64,000 nt of DNA from Gammaproteobacteria bacterium. Lineage in GTDB: Bacteria; Pseudomonadota; Gammaproteobacteria; Ga0077536. The position numbers and the translations under genes are program-made. The notes under the pieces are model-generated. The model saw nothing but the letters and a program-made list of their open reading frames with translations. It ran no database searches and was not told where the DNA came from. The stretch lies in contig CAXXLL010000002.1 of NCBI GenBank assembly GCA_963662545.2, positions 2,144,001 through 2,208,000 of the forward strand. Reading direction: 5' to 3'. Below, one piece after another: positions 61,602 to 64,000 of the stretch; positions within the stretch are counted from its first letter, which is position 1, and each line of letters begins with the position of its first letter.

Positions 61602-62894
61602 TTAGCCCTTATGTCCCAGGTACTTCACCGTGACTACCGTAATATCATCTGATTGCTGCATGCGCCCGGAGAACGACGCAACGTCACTAAAAATGGCCTC
61701 GACGATTACACCTGGATCATCGGTCTCGAGATCGCTCAAAAACTCCCTCAAACGCGGTTGCGTGTAGAAATTCCGATCCTCGTCGCGGGCTTCCGTAACA
61801 CCATCGGTATACAGCACCAAACGATCGCCGGGCCGCAGGGTGACCCCCCCGGTCTCGTATACGGTGTCATCGAGAACGCCGGCGATTAAGCCGGCGGGAG
61901 CCCCGATATCGACCCACGGCTGCCCGCCGAGTGATGCCAGTAAAGGCGGGTGCCCGGCGATTACGTACGTCGCGTTTCCGTTCGTGAGGTCGATGACCAT
62001 CACGATCAAACTGACAAACATATTAGGAATATTGATATCACACAGACGCGCATTCAATTGTGAAACGGATTCGGCGAGCCCGTTCGTTTTGCTGAGCTCC
62101 ACCCGCAATAGGGTCGCCGTGCGGACCATGAATAAGGCGGCCGGCGTACCTTTACTCGAGACGTCGCCGATTGCCACACAAATGCGATCGTCGTCCAAGT
62201 AAAACGCATCGTAGAGATCCCCACCGACCGATTTGACGACGTCCATGCGGCCGATCACTTCGACAGCGTCGCATTCCGGGATCAGATTTGGACCCGGGGG
62301 CAACATGCCGACCTGAATTTCGTGGGCCGCCTTGAGTTCATTTTGCAACTGTTCGAAACGAAGCTCTTGCTCGAGCGCGCGCAAGGTAACCTCGTTTCGT
62401 TTACGCATCCGCTCGGCGAGAATTCGAGAAAGATTGCGGACGGTGGTCGGACTGATTGCGATCTTCGACCAGAAAACGTCCTGGTGAACCGCGATGACGG
62501 TGCTCGCCTCGCCGGCCGACACATGAGCCGAGGTCGGTTTGCCATCGATGATCGACATCTCACCGACCGTCTCGCCGACACCGATCGTATCGGCAACCGG
62601 CGAGGTGGCGGATTTCAGACGAACATCGAGACGCCCACTCAATAGAAAGTACAAGTAGTGATTGCCCTGGCCCGGTTCGAGCAGTACATCGCCGGCGTTC
62701 AGCGTCTTGACGGGGCAACGATCAAAGATGCTTTCCAACTGCTCGTAGGGTAACCCCCGACACAACTCGAGTTTTGAGATATAGCCGTTCCGCCGGCGGT
62801 CCGGGCGAGTCCGGCGATCGCCGAACCGCGCTTGTTTTGTGGAACTCGGATTTGCGAATTGACGGCGATCCGGCCCACGTTTGCTATGGGCCAT
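61602..62894 (-). CDS. cNMP-binding domain plus SpoIIE/PP2C phosphatase
   Basis: CNB-like GETVGEMS; VGGDLYD, IGDVSSKG, LYTDGVTEA, DDIT. Confidence 0.9.
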   Translation of the reverse strand: MAHSKRGPDRRQFANPSSTKQARFGDRRTRPDRRRNGYISKLELCRGLPYEQLESIFDRCPVKTLNAGDVLLEPGQGNHYLYFLLSGRLDVRLKSATSPVADTIGVGETVGEMSIIDGKPTSAHVSAGEASTVIAVHQDVFWSKIAISPTTVRNLSRILAERMRKRNEVTLRALEQELRFEQLQNELKAAHEIQVGMLPPGPNLIPECDAVEVIGRMDVVKSVGGDLYDAFYLDDDRICVAIGDVSSKGTPAALFMVRTATLLRVELSKTNGLAESVSQLNARLCDINIPNMFVSLIVMVIDLTNGNATYVIAGHPPLLASLGGQPWVDIGAPAGLIAGVLDDTVYETGGVTLRPGDRLVLYTDGVTEARDEDRNFYTQPRLREFLSDLETDDPGVIVEAIFSDVASFSGRMQQSDDITVVTVKYLGHKG

Positions 62895-63240
62895 GGCCTT
62901 CCACAAACTCAGTACGATGGGTTCGAATAGACTGGGTTGCCCCGCAGCATAACCGACTTACAAAACGGCGGTGTCCCGACTACGGAGTCGGCCGACGACG
63001 CCGGAGTTGAGCCCGCCAAATTATTCCTCGTGAGAGCAGCGCTCAATAGCTCGGCAAAGCATCGGCTCTGCGCGCGCGATCAGGGGACGCTCAAGTTCCG
63101 AGGGCGGCATACCCATCTCGGCAAGGTGTTTCGAACGGTGGTGGAACAGGCTCATCTGACTCCACTTACCTTAGAATGGCTGTAAGCAGTGGCGCCGTTG
63201 ATCGCGTTCGATCCGATGCCTAATGGAGGATGATGACGTG

Positions 63241-64000
63241 ATGATTCGATACTTGATAGCGATCGCCTTGCTCGTGGGACCCAGCGCAGTACCGGCATTC
63301 GATCCGAGCGATCTCGCCGACGACAGTGACGGCAAGAACTGGTTGGCGTACGGCCGCACGTACGGTGAGCAGCGTTACAGCCCTCTCAAGCAGATCAACG
63401 ACGAAAACATCGAGCGCCTGGCACTCGCGTGGTCGGTCGAGCTCCCGGGTGAAACGCATCTCGTATCAACGCCGCTGGTGATCGACGGCGTGATCTATTT
63501 CGCCGGCAGCTACAGCAAGGTTTGGGCCATCGATGCGCGCACGCAAACAGTTTTGTGGACTCACGATCCCGAGACGATCGGGCATGCCGGCGCGAAACTG
63601 CGCGTACTTTGGGGTACGAGCCGTGGTCTCGCGTATTGGAACGACAAGATCTACGCGGCGACCGGTGACGGCCGCCTGATTGCGCTCGACGCGGCGACGG
63701 GTAAGGTCCTCTGGAGCCAGATGACCGTCGAATCGGACTCGGCTTTTTACATCACCGGCGCCCCGCGCGCATTCAAGGGCAAGGTCATCATCGGCAACGG
63801 CGGCGCGGAGATGGGGCCGGTACGCGGCTATGTCACGGCTTACGACGCCGAAACCGGCGAGCAAGTGTGGCGTTGGTGGACGGTGCCCGGCAATCCGGCC
63901 GACGGCTTTGAGAACAACGCCATGAAATATGCCGCGACGACCTGGAAGGGTGAATGGTGGAAACACGGCGGCGGCGGCACGGTGTGGAATGCCATGACCT
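63241..64000 (+). CDS. PQQ-dependent dehydrogenase, methanol/ethanol family (runs off the window; absent from the ORF track)
   Basis: Manual translation: signal peptide, NWLAYGRTYGEQRYSPLKQIN, STPLVIDGVIY, ITGAP, GNGGAEMGPVRGYVTAYDAETG, GGGTVWNAMT. Confidence 0.93.
   Translation, partial: MIRYLIAIALLVGPSAVPAFDPSDLADDSDGKNWLAYGRTYGEQRYSPLKQINDENIERLALAWSVELPGETHLVSTPLVIDGVIYFAGSYSKVWAIDARTQTVLWTHDPETIGHAGAKLRVLWGTSRGLAYWNDKIYAATGDGRLIALDAATGKVLWSQMTVESDSAFYITGAPRAFKGKVIIGNGGAEMGPVRGYVTAYDAETGEQVWRWWTVPGNPADGFENNAMKYAATTWKGEWWKHGGGGTVWNAMT

Noticed and set aside
1-64000. tRNA, rRNA, prophage or anti-phage defence genes
   Set aside because: None recognised. The cyclase lacks an adjacent cNMP-binding TIR or TM effector, so it is not called Pycsar.

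Overview
A gammaproteobacterial-type chromosome segment that appears to span the replication terminus, with a near-consensus dif site at 36004-36031. Left of dif is mostly core gene order on the + strand: mucB/rseB end, degP, lepA-lepB-rnc-era-recO-pdxJ-acpS-prfC, rne (-), rluC, S49 peptidase, yceD-rpmF-plsX-fabD-fabG-acpP-fabF-pabC-mltG-tmk-holB-pilZ-tatD. Then come a dead IS256, an omega-like GST and a sulfur-oxidation cluster (SoxCD-like, TauE, SQR, two YeeE/YedE-type genes). Right of dif is accessory and mostly on the - strand: amidase, an AhpD-like gene coupled to an atypical class III nucleotide cyclase, LLM oxidoreductase, a complete propionyl-CoA/methylmalonyl-CoA module, RidA-TauD-VOC, a decayed array of integron-like cassettes (one broken by a DDE IS), pyk, a cNMP-PP2C phosphatase and a PQQ dehydrogenase. 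Intergenic DNA holds several families of non-autonomous MITE-like elements, including six 162-163 bp copies of one IS5-like family. These are often nested or sit on stop codons and RBSs. Several genes are pseudogenised. Two tandem duplications with corrupted junctions may be assembly artefacts. All calls come from reading the sequence by eye; no database searches were run.
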